IMG/VR virus record: IMGVR_UViG_3300009537_002640 | Span: 124,001-188,000 of that record | Strand: one strand, 5' to 3' | DNA length: 64,000 bases | Part shown: piece by piece, positions 63,842-64,000 of the stretch | Layout: every line of letters starts with the position of its first letter | How positions within the stretch are numbered: the stretch's first letter is position 1 | Translations under genes and position numbers: made by a program | Notes under the pieces: model-generated | Told to the model about the DNA's origin: nothing | Databases searched by the model: none | Seen by the model: the letters and a program-made list of their open reading frames with translations, nothing else

Positions 63842-64000
63842 TTAGATATTGATGAATTGCTTTATTTGATCAGGGGTTAGGCTTTTAACTGTTCCTGCAA
63901 ACTCCTGCTCTAATTTGCCCATTGCAGCTTCTGGGGTAAAGAAACGAATCATAGATTTATAAGATTCTCTAGCCCTAGTACGCAAAGCTTGTTCTAATTC
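63842..64000 (-). CDS. 3' end of an upstream gene (partial)
   Basis: Open frame ELEQALRTRARESYKSMIRFFTPE...KQFINI* ending at TAA 63844-63842. Confidence 0.6.
   Translation of the reverse strand, partial: ELEQALRTRARESYKSMIRFFTPEAAMGKLEQEFAGTVKSLTPDQIKQFINI

Noticed and set aside
1-64000. Dozens of plus-strand ORFs of 60-196 aa in the track
   Set aside because: They lie antisense to long minus-strand genes, have no recognisable motifs, and reflect codon bias of the real genes.
1-64000. Alternative genetic code (stop-codon reassignment) as in some large phages
   Set aside because: Genes are full length and tightly packed under the standard bacterial code.

Overview
This 64 kb window is the virion morphogenesis region of a large, probably jumbo, contractile-tailed dsDNA phage, most likely of a diderm host. 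All real genes are on the minus strand and tightly packed; the plus-strand ORFs are shadows. In transcription order (right to left): candidate internal head/ejection proteins, a capsid accessory gene, an HK97/encapsulin-like major capsid protein with a terminator, a small nuclease island, many fibre/decoration proteins, a patatin + metallophosphoesterase + cold-shock cluster, neck proteins, a 3811-aa mosaic fibre, beta-helix spike proteins and a tail sheath truncated at the left edge. The most striking signal is a pair of mutually exclusive peptide 'zip codes'. (1) D-G-Y (variant D-A-Y) occurs about 87 (+ about 19) times by manual count across about 20 otherwise unrelated outer virion proteins, is encoded by varied synonymous codons, and is absent from the MCP, internal head proteins and enzymes; it is a candidate virion-wide modification or docking sequon. 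(2) [ILF]-x-K-x-A, plus a shared N-terminal 'ENSE(V/I)MxE' leader, marks the head-internal proteins; these are candidate protease sites and a capsid-targeting signal. Other findings are a probable -1 programmed frameshift in the head cluster, a recurring TA(C/T)TAATA late-promoter motif, and a protein that appears to join an inner-membrane anchor to an outer-membrane beta-strand domain. All product calls come from manual motif recognition; no database searches were run.
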